A stretch of 64,000 nt of DNA from Candidatus Cloacimonadales bacterium (GCA_963662275.1 OY759316.1:1344001-1408000), one strand, 5' to 3'. Positions 42,150-53,993 are shown, counted from the first letter of the stretch. Notes: generated by a model not told the origin, from the letters alone. Program-made: numbers and translations.

Positions 42150-42926
42150 TCAGAATTTGTACTCTAAACTTACCCCACTTAAATCATCTGAGGGTGCAAT
42201 TGCCAGTTTTGGCGTAGTTCTGATAACAAGTTCTGCGATAAAAAACCCAAGTACAGTACCTGTAAATACATCAGAACTCCAATGCTTCTGATCATGAACC
42301 CGTGCAAAACAGGTTAAAGTCGCGCCTGAATAAGCCAGGGGAGGTGCCCACCAAGTGTTTTTATATTGTTCTGCCACGATGGTTGCCATTGAAAAAGCAA
42401 TGATTGCATGACCGGAAGGAAATGAGTCATGCTGGAGGGAAAAACCTGACTTAAACCAGAATTGCTTTCCTTTATCAGCTTGGGGTCTATTTCGTTGAGA
42501 GCTATATTTCAAGACAGAAACAGTGCCTCCTCCAATAAGCATTGTCTTAAACATCAAGGCACCTGTATCTTGTGTTTTAGCAGATCGGACAAGATAACCG
42601 CTCATCCAGACAACACTTACCCCGGGGAACATATATTTTCCATCGCCGAAGAAGTTCCCTACTTGAGCAGCATTGTGAGTAAAATTACTCCTGTGATCAT
42701 GTACCCAAGTATTTATATCTTCATCATATAGATATAATCCTGTGCCTAATGCAACAGCGCTTCCGGCGGTCAGCCAGTCAGTTGTTTTCCATCGTATGGG
42801 AGCAGTAATTTCCTTTTGAATAGTTATTGGGTATGAAAGAAGATACTGCTTTATATAGCTTCTATCTTCAGCATGAAGCATGAATATACATGATAAAATA
42901 GCCATAATGATAAACAGTCTAGGCAT
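42150..42926 (-). CDS. PAP2-family phosphatase
   Basis: K..QRNRP, SFPSGH, ARVHDQKHWSSDV. Confidence 0.9.
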   Translation of the reverse strand: MPRLFIIMAILSCIFMLHAEDRSYIKQYLLSYPITIQKEITAPIRWKTTDWLTAGSAVALGTGLYLYDEDINTWVHDHRSNFTHNAAQVGNFFGDGKYMFPGVSVVWMSGYLVRSAKTQDTGALMFKTMLIGGGTVSVLKYSSQRNRPQADKGKQFWFKSGFSLQHDSFPSGHAIIAFSMATIVAEQYKNTWWAPPLAYSGATLTCFARVHDQKHWSSDVFTGTVLGFFIAELVIRTTPKLAIAPSDDLSGVSLEYKF

Positions 42927-43068
42927 AAATTAAAGTAAACCTCTTTAACGATGATAAAATGTAAACACTTCTATTTTCTCTATGAAGTCAACATTTAAGT
43001 AAAGACGATCAACTTATCTATATTGATTCATCATCATTTGAAAGATATCTTAGAAGTAATACCTACTT

Positions 43069-43575
43069 TTAAAAGGGTTCAAATCGATTAATTCTCCAAA
43101 AAATAACTTCTGCATCATGCTGAATCTTAAGTACATCATTATAGTGCATAGTTTCCCATTCTACGAGCATTCCGAAGAATTTCTGCAGGATAGCGTTACT
43201 TGATTCAATTTGGCATTTTTGATAAAAGTCAATAGCATTTTTTTCTAATAAAACGGCAGTTGAAATAGCTGAAAAAAGGATCTGGCTTTCTCCAATTCGG
43301 GAAATAAATTCTTCTGAAATCGAAGGACTGATCATTTCATGAGTTATTGGTTCTACAGACCATATCTCACTTGGTTCCTTGTCTGCATTAAATTGATGAA
43401 AGTATGTAAGAAGATAATTATAATGCATTTGCTCTTCTTTTACTCTATCTGTAAAGAAAGCTTGTACTTGGGGATCATTAGAGTTGCTAGCTGCAGACTG
43501 ATAAAGCGTGATGCTATTCATTTCAGCTTTCATACCATCTTTTAGAGAAGCTATAAGAGATTCTTTAACCAACAT
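43069..43575 (-). CDS. Ferritin-like/rubrerythrin family protein
   Basis: Paired E..Y and ExxH motifs (EEQMH, WETMH). Confidence 0.85.
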   Translation of the reverse strand: MLVKESLIASLKDGMKAEMNSITLYQSAASNSNDPQVQAFFTDRVKEEQMHYNYLLTYFHQFNADKEPSEIWSVEPITHEMISPSISEEFISRIGESQILFSAISTAVLLEKNAIDFYQKCQIESSNAILQKFFGMLVEWETMHYNDVLKIQHDAEVIFWRINRFEPF

Positions 43576-43654
43576 TTTTCCTCCATTTATTAAATATAAT
43601 GCAGTGATATCCTGGAAAAAGCAAAGTAATTTTATTTACGGGTCAATTGATTGA

Positions 43655-44431
43655 TCAAGAATGTAGAATCAAATCATAGATAATTTTACTTAACAACAGG
43701 ATTAATGCAGCTATGAAGATAGGTCTGATGATCTTCGATCCTTTTCTGACTACCATTTTCGAACCTGCCAGATTACCCGCAATTCCACATAATCCAGCGG
43801 GAATAGCTAATAGAAAGATAACCTTATGTGCTATCAGAAATGCTAACGTTGCAGCAATATTGGATGCAAGGTTCACAACCTTTGTATTACCATTTGCTAC
43901 GACAAAATCATACTTTAAAAGCAAAGTGAAAAAAAGGATGAGGAAAGTCCCAGTCCCCGGTCCGAAGAACCCATCATAGAATCCAATCACTAATCCAGCC
44001 AAACCGCCAAGCCATAATTTCTTCTGCAGTGATAAAGATGCGGACGTATTATGAATTCCCATGTTCTTATTCAACAGTGTGAATATGGTGATGGCAGGTA
44101 TCAGAATTACTAATAGATAATGCAGGAAATGCGGATCAAGCAACAGTACTGTCCGTGTTCCAAGATATGAACCGATCAACGCTAAAACTGCACTTGTAAT
44201 TGCTACTGGAACATCAATCATGCCATGCCTGAAGTATCTGCCAGTGGCAAAGATTGTACCGGAACAAGAGGAGAATTTGTTATTTGCTAAGGCAAAATGA
44301 GGAGGTAATCCCGCAGCTAAATATGCTGGAACTGTGATTAATCCACCTCCTCCTGCGATGGCATCAATCAAGCCACCTAGGAATATAAACGGTAATATGA
44401 TAAGGTACATTTCCAATGTCAAATGAATCAT
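43655..44431 (-). CDS. TSUP/TauE-SafE family transporter
   Basis: IDAIAGGGGLI, GFYDGFFGPGTGTF, NTKVVN. Confidence 0.92.
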   Translation of the reverse strand: MIHLTLEMYLIILPFIFLGGLIDAIAGGGGLITVPAYLAAGLPPHFALANNKFSSCSGTIFATGRYFRHGMIDVPVAITSAVLALIGSYLGTRTVLLLDPHFLHYLLVILIPAITIFTLLNKNMGIHNTSASLSLQKKLWLGGLAGLVIGFYDGFFGPGTGTFLILFFTLLLKYDFVVANGNTKVVNLASNIAATLAFLIAHKVIFLLAIPAGLCGIAGNLAGSKMVVRKGSKIIRPIFIAALILLLSKIIYDLILHS

Positions 44432-44686
44432 CAATTTCTCCTCTCGTTTGTACTTTGATTTGTACTAAACTTCGGTCAAGAGTTTTGTAGCATGAATAGG
44501 GAATAATAACGCAAACCCTGATAAGAAGATTTGACAAAGTCAAATACAAATAATATAATACATTTGATAAGAAGAATATTCTTGACGATTATCAAATACC
44601 TATATATATGAATGTCGTTCATTGATAATAAGTATAAAATTAGGGAGATTGTCGCCTGATTTTTATAATTTGTACAGGAGATATAT

Positions 44687-47600
44687 ATGAAATTAGCAGT
44701 TTTTGTTTTTATGATTTCCATAATCATTAGCGGATTAAGTGCACAGGTTCTTTCCAACTATACATATTCTAATACGAACAGTCCGTATATAGAAATTGTT
44801 GGTGGTACGGTATTGGGAAGTGATACAACAACGAATCAGTATTTCACGGATCCTGCAGTACCTCTGGGTAATACAGGAACAACCACCGGAACCGGCTTTC
44901 CCATCGGGTTTAATTTTGTCTTCAATGGGCATACATTCGATCGGGTGGGTGTATGCGCAGATGGCTGGATTAGTCTCGGCTCTTCCAGCTATGCACCTTC
45001 TGTCAATTTGAATAGCACCAACCGTATTCTTCCCTTAAGCAGCCTCTATAGTATCAACCCTGCTCACTTAGTAACAAGAGTTTCTGCCATGGGTATCGAT
45101 CTATCTGCACAGACAGGGGCATCGATACTGATTTCCACAATCGGTGTAGCTCCCAATCGTGAATTCGTTGTTCAGTGGAAAGGATATAAAAAGACTGCAG
45201 GAACGGGTGATAATTTCAACTTCCAGATACGTCTTACTGAAACTTCGAATATCATCAGCATCACTTATGGCAGCATTACAAACAATGCCACAGCAGCCTC
45301 GCCTCAGGTCGGGATTCGCGTAGAGCCCGCTGCAACAGCTACGAATTATCGCAATCGCAGCACTACCACGAGCTGGATGAGTACTATCGAAGGAGCTGCT
45401 GCAACAGCAACCTGCACGCTTTCCAACGCTGTCTATCCTGCCAGTGGAACTATGTTCACTTGGACACCACCTGCTTCGATCTCCGGTAATTTCGTCATCG
45501 GTGCCGGAGGTGATTTTGCCAGTTTTACAACAGCTATTAATTATCTGAATGGAATTGTAACGAATAGTGGTATTGGACCAGGAGGTATCACCTTTTATGT
45601 ACCTGCCGGTTCTGTATTTATAGAAAATCCTCCGGCTATAACACTGAGCGCGCTCTCAGATCGCCCCATCCGTTTCCTGAAAAGCGGGAGTGGTCTGAAT
45701 CCTGTCATAAAAGCAACAGGTACAGCAGTTGCAACGGATGCCATCATTACGTTGAGTGGTGCAGACTGGTATACCTTCGATGGTATTGATTTGGCAAATG
45801 CAGATGGAACCACTGCCATGGAATATGGCTATTTTCTGAATGCCCTCAGCTATAACGGTTGTGAAAATAACACGATCAGCAACGGTAAAGTAACTCTTTC
45901 CTATGCAACTACCGCTTCAAAAGGAATCTATTCCTACGGTTTTGCATACTCGCCCAATAAAGCGAATCGATTTGAAAACATGACTTTAGAGAATATGATC
46001 AATGGCGTTTATTTGCTCGGAAGTGCCGGTTCTCCTATGGAAACCAATTATAACCAATCAGAGGTTGTGACTGGGTGTACATTCAGTGAGATTACTGCCT
46101 ACGGCATTTATGTTTACTATGAAACAGCTTGTGAACTATCCAATAATACGATCAGCATGCATACTGGAAACGCGCTTGCCTTTTATGGAATCTGTTTTTA
46201 TTCAAACAATGGCAGTGCCCAGATCAACGGCAATATCATTACCGGTGGAAGTAATACGAATGCTTCTTATGGTATTTACTATTTAGGTGCTAATGGTTCG
46301 ATCTATGACAATTCAGTCAGCGGTTTTACTTCCCCAAACACATCTGTAACAGGTATCTTTGTTGGTGATGGGATCGCCAACGTGTATCAAAACACGGTTC
46401 ATTCTATCAGTTGCTATGGCAATGCTACTGGAATCCAGGTAGTTGCAGCTGTTGACCAGGCAAATGTATATCGGAATGAAATCTACAATTTGACATGTAA
46501 TTATACGTCATCCGGGTATATAGCAACCGGGCTCAGTGTTGGCGGAACTTTATCCACGGTCTCTAATAATCTGATCTATAAAATATCCTGTCCAGGCAGT
46601 GCTCTACCAAAAGTAATTGGTATCACAGTAATCAGCGGAACCACTATCCGTCTTCTGAATAATACGGTATTACTGAAGTCTGATGCTGTATCCAACGGTG
46701 GTTCAGCTGCCTTGTTCATCAATAGTGAAATTCCAGCGCTTGAGCTTCAGAATAACATATTCGTCAACCTATATATGCCGGGAACAAGAGCTGTAGCAAT
46801 GTGGAAGTATTCTGCCGGATTTTCGAGGATAACCGCCAACAGCGACCGTAATATCTATTATGCAGGAACTCCAAGCGCAACGCACTTGATCTGCTATGCC
46901 GGAACAAATTCTTATCAGACTTTGACAGATTATAAAACAGCTAACACTGATAAAGACCAGGGTTCATTCACTGAAAACGTACCATTCATTAGTAGTGTCG
47001 ACCCAATGAATGTGCATATCAGCAGCAGTACACCTACGCGGGTGGAGGGAAATGCCATTCCCATCGTGGATGTGACAAACGATTTTGACGAAGATGTGAG
47101 GAATGCAACTACTCCTGATATCGGAGCTGATGAAGGAGCATTTACATCCCTGGGACAAGTGCCTAATATAGTCAACATGCCCCTACCCGCTAATGGCTCC
47201 ATCGCCCAATCACCTGCTTCTTCCTTATCCTGGACAGCAGGCTTGGAAGGTGGTGTTCCTACTGGTTACAAAATATTTCTTGGTACTGACGGCGGTGGTG
47301 CTGTTACTCCAACCAATGTTTGTAATGGATTAGATTTGGGCGATGTACTGAGCTATACACCCAGTCCTGTACTGCAATACTTGACCACCTACTATTGGAA
47401 AGTGGTTCCATACAATGAGATCGGAGATGCTGAAAACTGCCCTATTTGGGGTTTTGGTACTCATGATTTGCCACTGACAGGTATCAAGACAATCGGCAGT
47501 ACAGGCTACTACCATAGCTTTGATGAAGCGATCCGTCATTTGAATGCAGCAGGTGTGGGAGTTGGTGGGGTCACGTTTTCAGTAGCAGCGGGCGAAACAT

Positions 47601-50600
47601 TTCTTGAAAACCCCGTACCTATCACTGCTACAGGAACAGCAGTTGATTCTATACTTTTCACGACGGATGGCAGTTCCATTACTCACCCCATCCTGAGAGC
47701 AAATGGAACAACAGGCAATTATGGAATCAAAATCGAAGGCGGAGATCACATTACATTTGACGGTATCGATATTGCAAACCGAGTCGGATCTACAAATCTT
47801 GTTAATGGTTATTGGATACTTGGATTAACAGGCAATGGAGCTTCCAATATTGAGATCAGGAACTGCAACATCACTTTATCCCGTTCTGTCACTTCTTATG
47901 GTATCAGTGCTACAACAGTGACAGGGGCAACGAATAATGATCTCAATATTCATTCCAATACGATTGATAATGCCACATATTCTGTTAATCTTGTTGGTGT
48001 TACAGGCACTCAAAACATCATGGTCACTAATAATACGATCACGAATACCAGCACCGGCGTTTACGTGAATTACGGTTCTGCCACATCTATTTCACTGAAC
48101 CACATTTCCTTCCCAAGCAACTCTACAGTGCCCTTAACAGGTATAAATGCCTCCTATCTCACCAATGGTCTGATTTTTAGCAATGTCATCAGCAGCGGTC
48201 ATACTACAAGTACCATTACTGCCTTGTACGCCTATTACGGCACAACTTCCTGGTTCGGGAATAGCGTTAATAACTTAAGCTGCAGTTCATCTCTGTATGG
48301 CTGGGCTTGCTTCACAGGTACTCATTCTGTTTATAATAACGAGATATCAGGCTTAAGCACCGTCTCTTCCGTGTATGGAATCAATCTATCTCCAGGTTCA
48401 TCCTATACTGCTAATGTAAGAGCTTACGGTAACAAAATTCACGATCTCACAAGCACGACTGCCGGTAATTACATGTGTTGTGGCATCTACAGTTACGGTT
48501 TAGGAACAAATGTCATATACAACAACTACATCTTTGATTTGAAAAATAACAGTGGTTCAACAGCTCCGCAAGTGCGGGGAGTTTGCTTTGAATCTTCAAG
48601 TACAGCCGAAGAATTATATTTCAATACGATATACCTGAATGCAACCGGAACAAACGCTAACTACTCCACTGCTGCTCTTTACTCCTCAATAACAGGCTCT
48701 CTGCGTATGAATAATAATATCTTCGTAAATCAAAGTACGCATGGCACAACAGGTAAAACAGTGTCTTTCTGGAAGAATAATACCGGTTTTGATAATCTGC
48801 ATGCAGATACAGACAAGAACATCTATTACGCAGGAACTCCAGATGCAACACGTTTGATCTGCTACAATGGCACAACGTCCTACCAGTTGTTGGATGATTA
48901 CAAAGCGGCAAACCCCGGTAAAGACCAAGGTTCTTTCTCAGAAAATACGCCTTTCGTGAGTAGTAGTGCTCCCTTCGATATGCACATCAATCCTGCTCTT
49001 CCCACGAGAGTGGAAAGCAACGGCATTTCGATTTCCGGTATCACTACAGACTATGATAATGATCTGCGAAACGTAACCACTCCCGATATCGGGGCAGATG
49101 AAGGTAACTTTTCACCTGTTGTTGAATTACCTGTGCCTGCGATTGCCTATTATCCTACGAATACAGAGATCGTTGTTCCCTTAAGAGCTACCCTGAGCTG
49201 GTTTCCCGGTTCAGGTGGCGGTAATGTAGCTGGTTACAGGATATATTTGGGAACTGATAATCCTCCAACCAATGTCCTTAATGGAACTGACATTGGAGAT
49301 GTATTCACTTATACTCTCGGTGCGGATTTGAATTATCTAACCCTCTACAATTGGCAGATCGTTCCCTACAATAGCCAGGGATCTGCACTGAACTGTCCTG
49401 TGTGGACTTTTGAAACACTCGATGTTCCAATGACTGGTGCAAAGACAATCGGACAGTTCGGTACTTATCCCAACTTTACAATTGCTATCAGACATTTGAA
49501 TGCAGATGGAGTTGGTACGAATGGCGTTACTTTCAACGTTGCAGCAGGGGAAATATTTACTGAAAATCCACCTGCCATTATCACTAGCGGTACTTCCACT
49601 AAACCCATTCTTTTCCAAAGTTCCGATTCCCTTCTTACCAATCCGGTGTTGAAAGCCACTGGTGGAACGAATACCTTCGGAATCAAGATCAGTGGGGGAG
49701 ACTACTTTACTTTTGACCGGATCGATATAACCAATGTTGGCGTTGCAACTAACCTTACATATGGATTTTGGTTGGATGGACTCAACAGTAACGGTGCTCT
49801 ATATAATACGATCAAAAACTGCCATATTACACTATCCAAAACCAATACTTCTTCCTGTAGTATATACTCCAATGGTATTTCGAATGGGACAAATAACAAT
49901 CTCAATCTGAGCGGTAACACGATAGATAATGTCTATACCGGCATTTACCTGGGTAATAACGGAATAACGAATAACATAATGATTCAGGATAACCATCTTA
50001 CAAATGTCAGTTCATATGGTATCAGGCAAATGAATAGTACAAATACAACGATCCAGGGAAATCAAATTGAAATGGCAGCCGGTAATACTACAGCATTCTA
50101 TGGACTAAGGTCAGAATCCGGGAATAACACCGGTACCTATAGTTCAAATGTAATAATAGGTGCTACTACGAATTCATCCTTTGGTGGAATCTATACCTGG
50201 TATGGTACTATGCTAATCACTGGAAATGAAGTTAAGTCTTTTATCAGTACCGGTACGGCACAGTCCTATGGTATTTACACACAATATGGTACTCCAACAG
50301 TGACGAATAATCATGTTCATTCACTCAGCGGTAATTGTTCAATCATAGGGATTGACCGTTATGGAACTGGCAGTAGCAAGACAACCGGTAATCACATCCA
50401 TGATATTTCCTATACAGGAAGCTCAAGCTACTTTGTGACAGGTATGCTATTGAGTGGTTCTACCGGAGCAGCTTCCAATAATATGATCTACGATCTTCGG
50501 AATGCAGGTGGAAATACCGCTCCCCAGGTTCGCGGAATGCATATCAGCACTTGTAATTCAAATCCAATATCTTACAATAGCATCCTATTGAATACTTCGG

Positions 50601-52918
50601 GAACGAATGCCAACTTCTCTACGGCAGCGCTGTACCTGGAAAGCGGAACAACAATCAAATTTAAAAACAATATCTTTATGAATCTAAGTTCACCAGGGTC
50701 AGCCGGATTAGCCGTCGCTATCTGGAATACACTTTCAGGCTTTTCGAATATATCTACAGATTCGAACAATAACATCTATTATGCAGGCTCACCTTGGACA
50801 AAGAACCTGATCAGCTATAATGCAACGATTCCTCATGTTACGATGAGCGATTATCTCACAGCTATAGCAGATCGAGACCAGGGCTCTTTTACGGAATCGG
50901 TTCCTTTCATAAGTATCATTGACCCTGTTGATTTACATATTCGTAGCGATCTACCAACTCGAGTGGAAGGGAATGCTATACCTGTAACAGGTATGACAGA
51001 TGATTACGATGGCAATATTCGAAATGCCTATACTCCTGATATCGGTGCTGATGAAGGGGATTTCGAACCGATTCCCGGTCCACCATTATCCCCAATTGTC
51101 ATTTCTCCAGCTCACTTGGCGGAGAATATTGCTCTGAATGCCCAATTATCCTGGGTTCCAGGAGCTGGCGGTTTACCCACAAGTTATGATGTATACCTGG
51201 GTACGGTGAATCCGCCACCTTATGTTGCAACTGTGGAAGCAGCCTCCTACATGCCGACTCTCTTGCCTCAAACAACATACTACTGGAAAATAAAAGCCGT
51301 CAATAGTTACGGTGAAGCAATGAGTTTAGTGTGGAACTTTGTTACAAGAGATGACTTCACGATTTATGACATTACTTTTGCTGAAGGTTTTGAAGCCGGC
51401 AATACCAATGGAAGTACTTCAATAAACCGTTGGACTCAACAACTGCAATCCAATTCTTCATACTGGACTGCGAATAGCGTGAACACTACTTATAATCGGA
51501 CTCCACGAACAGGTGCCTTCAACGTCACTCTCGCTAATACTGGGAATTGCTGGCTGTTCCGTCCTATGGTTATGGATAGCACGATCACTTATGAAATGAG
51601 TGTATGGGTAAGACAGAATACGAATACTTTATCACAAGCTTCTCTCAAAATAGCCTACGGTACTTCACCTTCTTCTGTTTACATGACACATAATATCCTA
51701 ACAACTACGAACTTTACCTATGGCGATTATCAGAATCTGGTTGGTACTTTTAAACCCGATACACCTGGTCTGTATTATATCGGAATCCAGGGCATTGTTT
51801 CAGGAGCTTACAACTACATCAGTATGGACGATATATCCATCTATGAACACGTGCCTATTCCCATTTTTTCAGTCACGCCTGAATTGTGGTATTTCGGTAG
51901 AGTGGATGTCGGTTCTTCCAGTGTGGCAAAGGACTTCATCATCACCAATACAGGGGATGCTGACCTGATTATAAATCGAGAAAATGTGAATATCATTGGT
52001 TTGGGTGCTGCAAGTTATCAACTGACACCTATCCCGGATATCATAACACTACATGCTGGTCAGACGTATACGATGTATGTCACATTTGCGCCGATAGCCA
52101 TCGATATCCAGGAAGCTGAACTTCAAATCATTGATAACACTTCCCAAAGAGGAACTCATTCTATACCGCTTACCGGAAGAGGTATCGGACCACTGCCCGT
52201 TCCGATGATGATGGATTTCGAAACCGGTTGGGATGACTGGGTCGTTGTGAATGGAACCCAGGCAAACAAATGGCAGACGAGTGCCCTGGACTTCTACGGT
52301 GGTTTAAGGGCAGCTTACATCAGTAATGATGATGGAAGCACAATCGGTTATGATACAGGTACTGCATCAGTTACCCATTTCTATCATGATATCCAGTTCC
52401 CTGCGGATATGAGTAATATACACCTGATCTTCAACTGGAAAGACAGGGGCGAAGCGGATTGCGATTACCTGTCAGTTCATCTGGTGGATCTCTCCGTAGT
52501 GCCCGTGGCTGGAGAAGAACTCAACACCGGTTTGCTGGGTACAAACTACCAGGATGAAATTGATTGGCAGAGTACGAGAATTAACCTGAATCCCACCCTT
52601 GCCGGACAAGCAAAACGCTTGGTCTTTACTTGGACAAATAATGGCAGTGGAGGAGTACAACTTCCTGCCTGTGTCGATAAAATACGCATCCTCGGCAATG
52701 TCCCACCCCTTGATATGCCACTGAATCTGCAAATGAGTGCCGATGGCTCGAATATCACCATCATCTTTGATCCTGTGACGAACGCCAATGAATATGAACT
52801 CGAAGATGCCGATATGTACGACAGTACCTTCAATTTTATTCTACGCAGCGGAAATCCCCAGTTCACCATGCCTGGTGTATATTCCCGTAGATTCTTCAGG
52901 ATAAGGGCAGGAGAATAG
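44687..52918 (+). CDS. Giant (2743 aa) secreted surface protein with three ~650-aa beta-helix+FN3 modules and Ig-like C-terminal domains
   Basis: Signal peptide; three copies of IG..G...F..AI..LN...ENP, of NIYYAG.P...DQGSF.E..PF and of TPDIGADEG.F; ends RRFFRIRAGE. Confidence 0.85.
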   Translation: MKLAVFVFMISIIISGLSAQVLSNYTYSNTNSPYIEIVGGTVLGSDTTTNQYFTDPAVPLGNTGTTTGTGFPIGFNFVFNGHTFDRVGVCADGWISLGSSSYAPSVNLNSTNRILPLSSLYSINPAHLVTRVSAMGIDLSAQTGASILISTIGVAPNREFVVQWKGYKKTAGTGDNFNFQIRLTETSNIISITYGSITNNATAASPQVGIRVEPAATATNYRNRSTTTSWMSTIEGAAATATCTLSNAVYPASGTMFTWTPPASISGNFVIGAGGDFASFTTAINYLNGIVTNSGIGPGGITFYVPAGSVFIENPPAITLSALSDRPIRFLKSGSGLNPVIKATGTAVATDAIITLSGADWYTFDGIDLANADGTTAMEYGYFLNALSYNGCENNTISNGKVTLSYATTASKGIYSYGFAYSPNKANRFENMTLENMINGVYLLGSAGSPMETNYNQSEVVTGCTFSEITAYGIYVYYETACELSNNTISMHTGNALAFYGICFYSNNGSAQINGNIITGGSNTNASYGIYYLGANGSIYDNSVSGFTSPNTSVTGIFVGDGIANVYQNTVHSISCYGNATGIQVVAAVDQANVYRNEIYNLTCNYTSSGYIATGLSVGGTLSTVSNNLIYKISCPGSALPKVIGITVISGTTIRLLNNTVLLKSDAVSNGGSAALFINSEIPALELQNNIFVNLYMPGTRAVAMWKYSAGFSRITANSDRNIYYAGTPSATHLICYAGTNSYQTLTDYKTANTDKDQGSFTENVPFISSVDPMNVHISSSTPTRVEGNAIPIVDVTNDFDEDVRNATTPDIGADEGAFTSLGQVPNIVNMPLPANGSIAQSPASSLSWTAGLEGGVPTGYKIFLGTDGGGAVTPTNVCNGLDLGDVLSYTPSPVLQYLTTYYWKVVPYNEIGDAENCPIWGFGTHDLPLTGIKTIGSTGYYHSFDEAIRHLNAAGVGVGGVTFSVAAGETFLENPVPITATGTAVDSILFTTDGSSITHPILRANGTTGNYGIKIEGGDHITFDGIDIANRVGSTNLVNGYWILGLTGNGASNIEIRNCNITLSRSVTSYGISATTVTGATNNDLNIHSNTIDNATYSVNLVGVTGTQNIMVTNNTITNTSTGVYVNYGSATSISLNHISFPSNSTVPLTGINASYLTNGLIFSNVISSGHTTSTITALYAYYGTTSWFGNSVNNLSCSSSLYGWACFTGTHSVYNNEISGLSTVSSVYGINLSPGSSYTANVRAYGNKIHDLTSTTAGNYMCCGIYSYGLGTNVIYNNYIFDLKNNSGSTAPQVRGVCFESSSTAEELYFNTIYLNATGTNANYSTAALYSSITGSLRMNNNIFVNQSTHGTTGKTVSFWKNNTGFDNLHADTDKNIYYAGTPDATRLICYNGTTSYQLLDDYKAANPGKDQGSFSENTPFVSSSAPFDMHINPALPTRVESNGISISGITTDYDNDLRNVTTPDIGADEGNFSPVVELPVPAIAYYPTNTEIVVPLRATLSWFPGSGGGNVAGYRIYLGTDNPPTNVLNGTDIGDVFTYTLGADLNYLTLYNWQIVPYNSQGSALNCPVWTFETLDVPMTGAKTIGQFGTYPNFTIAIRHLNADGVGTNGVTFNVAAGEIFTENPPAIITSGTSTKPILFQSSDSLLTNPVLKATGGTNTFGIKISGGDYFTFDRIDITNVGVATNLTYGFWLDGLNSNGALYNTIKNCHITLSKTNTSSCSIYSNGISNGTNNNLNLSGNTIDNVYTGIYLGNNGITNNIMIQDNHLTNVSSYGIRQMNSTNTTIQGNQIEMAAGNTTAFYGLRSESGNNTGTYSSNVIIGATTNSSFGGIYTWYGTMLITGNEVKSFISTGTAQSYGIYTQYGTPTVTNNHVHSLSGNCSIIGIDRYGTGSSKTTGNHIHDISYTGSSSYFVTGMLLSGSTGAASNNMIYDLRNAGGNTAPQVRGMHISTCNSNPISYNSILLNTSGTNANFSTAALYLESGTTIKFKNNIFMNLSSPGSAGLAVAIWNTLSGFSNISTDSNNNIYYAGSPWTKNLISYNATIPHVTMSDYLTAIADRDQGSFTESVPFISIIDPVDLHIRSDLPTRVEGNAIPVTGMTDDYDGNIRNAYTPDIGADEGDFEPIPGPPLSPIVISPAHLAENIALNAQLSWVPGAGGLPTSYDVYLGTVNPPPYVATVEAASYMPTLLPQTTYYWKIKAVNSYGEAMSLVWNFVTRDDFTIYDITFAEGFEAGNTNGSTSINRWTQQLQSNSSYWTANSVNTTYNRTPRTGAFNVTLANTGNCWLFRPMVMDSTITYEMSVWVRQNTNTLSQASLKIAYGTSPSSVYMTHNILTTTNFTYGDYQNLVGTFKPDTPGLYYIGIQGIVSGAYNYISMDDISIYEHVPIPIFSVTPELWYFGRVDVGSSSVAKDFIITNTGDADLIINRENVNIIGLGAASYQLTPIPDIITLHAGQTYTMYVTFAPIAIDIQEAELQIIDNTSQRGTHSIPLTGRGIGPLPVPMMMDFETGWDDWVVVNGTQANKWQTSALDFYGGLRAAYISNDDGSTIGYDTGTASVTHFYHDIQFPADMSNIHLIFNWKDRGEADCDYLSVHLVDLSVVPVAGEELNTGLLGTNYQDEIDWQSTRINLNPTLAGQAKRLVFTWTNNGSGGVQLPACVDKIRILGNVPPLDMPLNLQMSADGSNITIIFDPVTNANEYELEDADMYDSTFNFILRSGNPQFTMPGVYSRRFFRIRAGE

Positions 52919-53310
52919 AATTAAAAATTAAAAATTAAAAATTGCAGAGCAGACCAATCTGGTTCCCCTCCCATTTACACCCCTAACCGAGGGGGGATGA
53001 AGGAGTGTTGTTTCATTTAGGGGAGAGCTAGTTCTTCTCTTCTCACTTTTATTTTTAACTTTTGAGAGCGTTCATTATATTGGGTCTTAAAAGAGGCTCA
53101 AAGGTGCTTGACAAAAAGGTTTGGACGAAATTAAGCTCGTGTCATGATTTAATGAAATAAAAAGATGTCCCCAATGTGGTAGTCTTCACACAAAGATCTG
53201 ATGCATTTTGACTTCGCTCAATAACCATCAAATCAACCAACGACTTAAGTAGTTGCTACCATTCTACAAATAATCCTTGACCAAAGTTCAAACTTGGATA
53301 TGATATATTT

Positions 53311-53706
53311 ATGAATAAAGATGAATTAACCCGATATTGGCTAGAATCAGCTAAAATGGATTATAGTACGATGGATAAACTTCTCCAAATGAAAGAATAT
53401 CCATGGTCTTTATTTATTGGGCAATTAGTCATCGAAAAGGTATTGAAAGCAATATATACTAAAAAATTTGGAAAGGATGTTCCTCGATTACATGATTTAT
53501 CACGCTTGGCTGTGTTGTCTAAGATAGAAATATCCCAATCACAATTAGATATTTTGGATGTTATTTCTTCTTTTAATATGAATGCTCGTTATCCAGATGT
53601 GAAAATGACATTTTACAAAACATGTACAGAAGAATACACAACAAAACAATTAGCTATCATAAAGGACGTGTACCAATGGCTGCTTTCATTGATCAAAATG
53701 AATTAA
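53311..53706 (+). CDS. HEPN-domain protein of a HEPN-MNT pair
   Basis: EKVLKA, HDLSRL, ARYPD. Confidence 0.88.
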   Translation: MNKDELTRYWLESAKMDYSTMDKLLQMKEYPWSLFIGQLVIEKVLKAIYTKKFGKDVPRLHDLSRLAVLSKIEISQSQLDILDVISSFNMNARYPDVKMTFYKTCTEEYTTKQLAIIKDVYQWLLSLIKMN

Positions 53707-53993
53707 TATTACTTATTAATAAATATGCCGAAGTTCTGAAGAAAGAAATAAGGATAGATGCTATTTATCTTTTTGGCTCATATTCTACCGGGAAAGCAGA
53801 TAAAGATAGCGATATAGACCTTTTAATTGTTTCACCGGACTTTACAGATGACATCGATTCTAATCACTTAACCCTTATGAGAGCACGAAGAGAAATTGAT
53901 TACAGAATTGAACCGCATCCTGTTAAATCAGATGAAATTAATTCTAATTACCTCTATGAAGTTTGTAAACAAACCTTGAAAAAGGTAATTTAG
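53676..53993 (+). CDS. Minimal nucleotidyltransferase (MNT) of a HEPN-MNT pair
   Basis: LFGSYSTG...DSDIDLLIVS; likely start MAAFID overlapping the HEPN gene. Confidence 0.9.
   Translation: MAAFIDQNELILLINKYAEVLKKEIRIDAIYLFGSYSTGKADKDSDIDLLIVSPDFTDDIDSNHLTLMRARREIDYRIEPHPVKSDEINSNYLYEVCKQTLKKVI

Noticed and set aside
44735..52869. Numerous short antisense or alternate-frame ORFs inside long genes (here and throughout the window)
   Set aside because: Shadow ORFs overlapping well-supported CDSs, with no independent motifs
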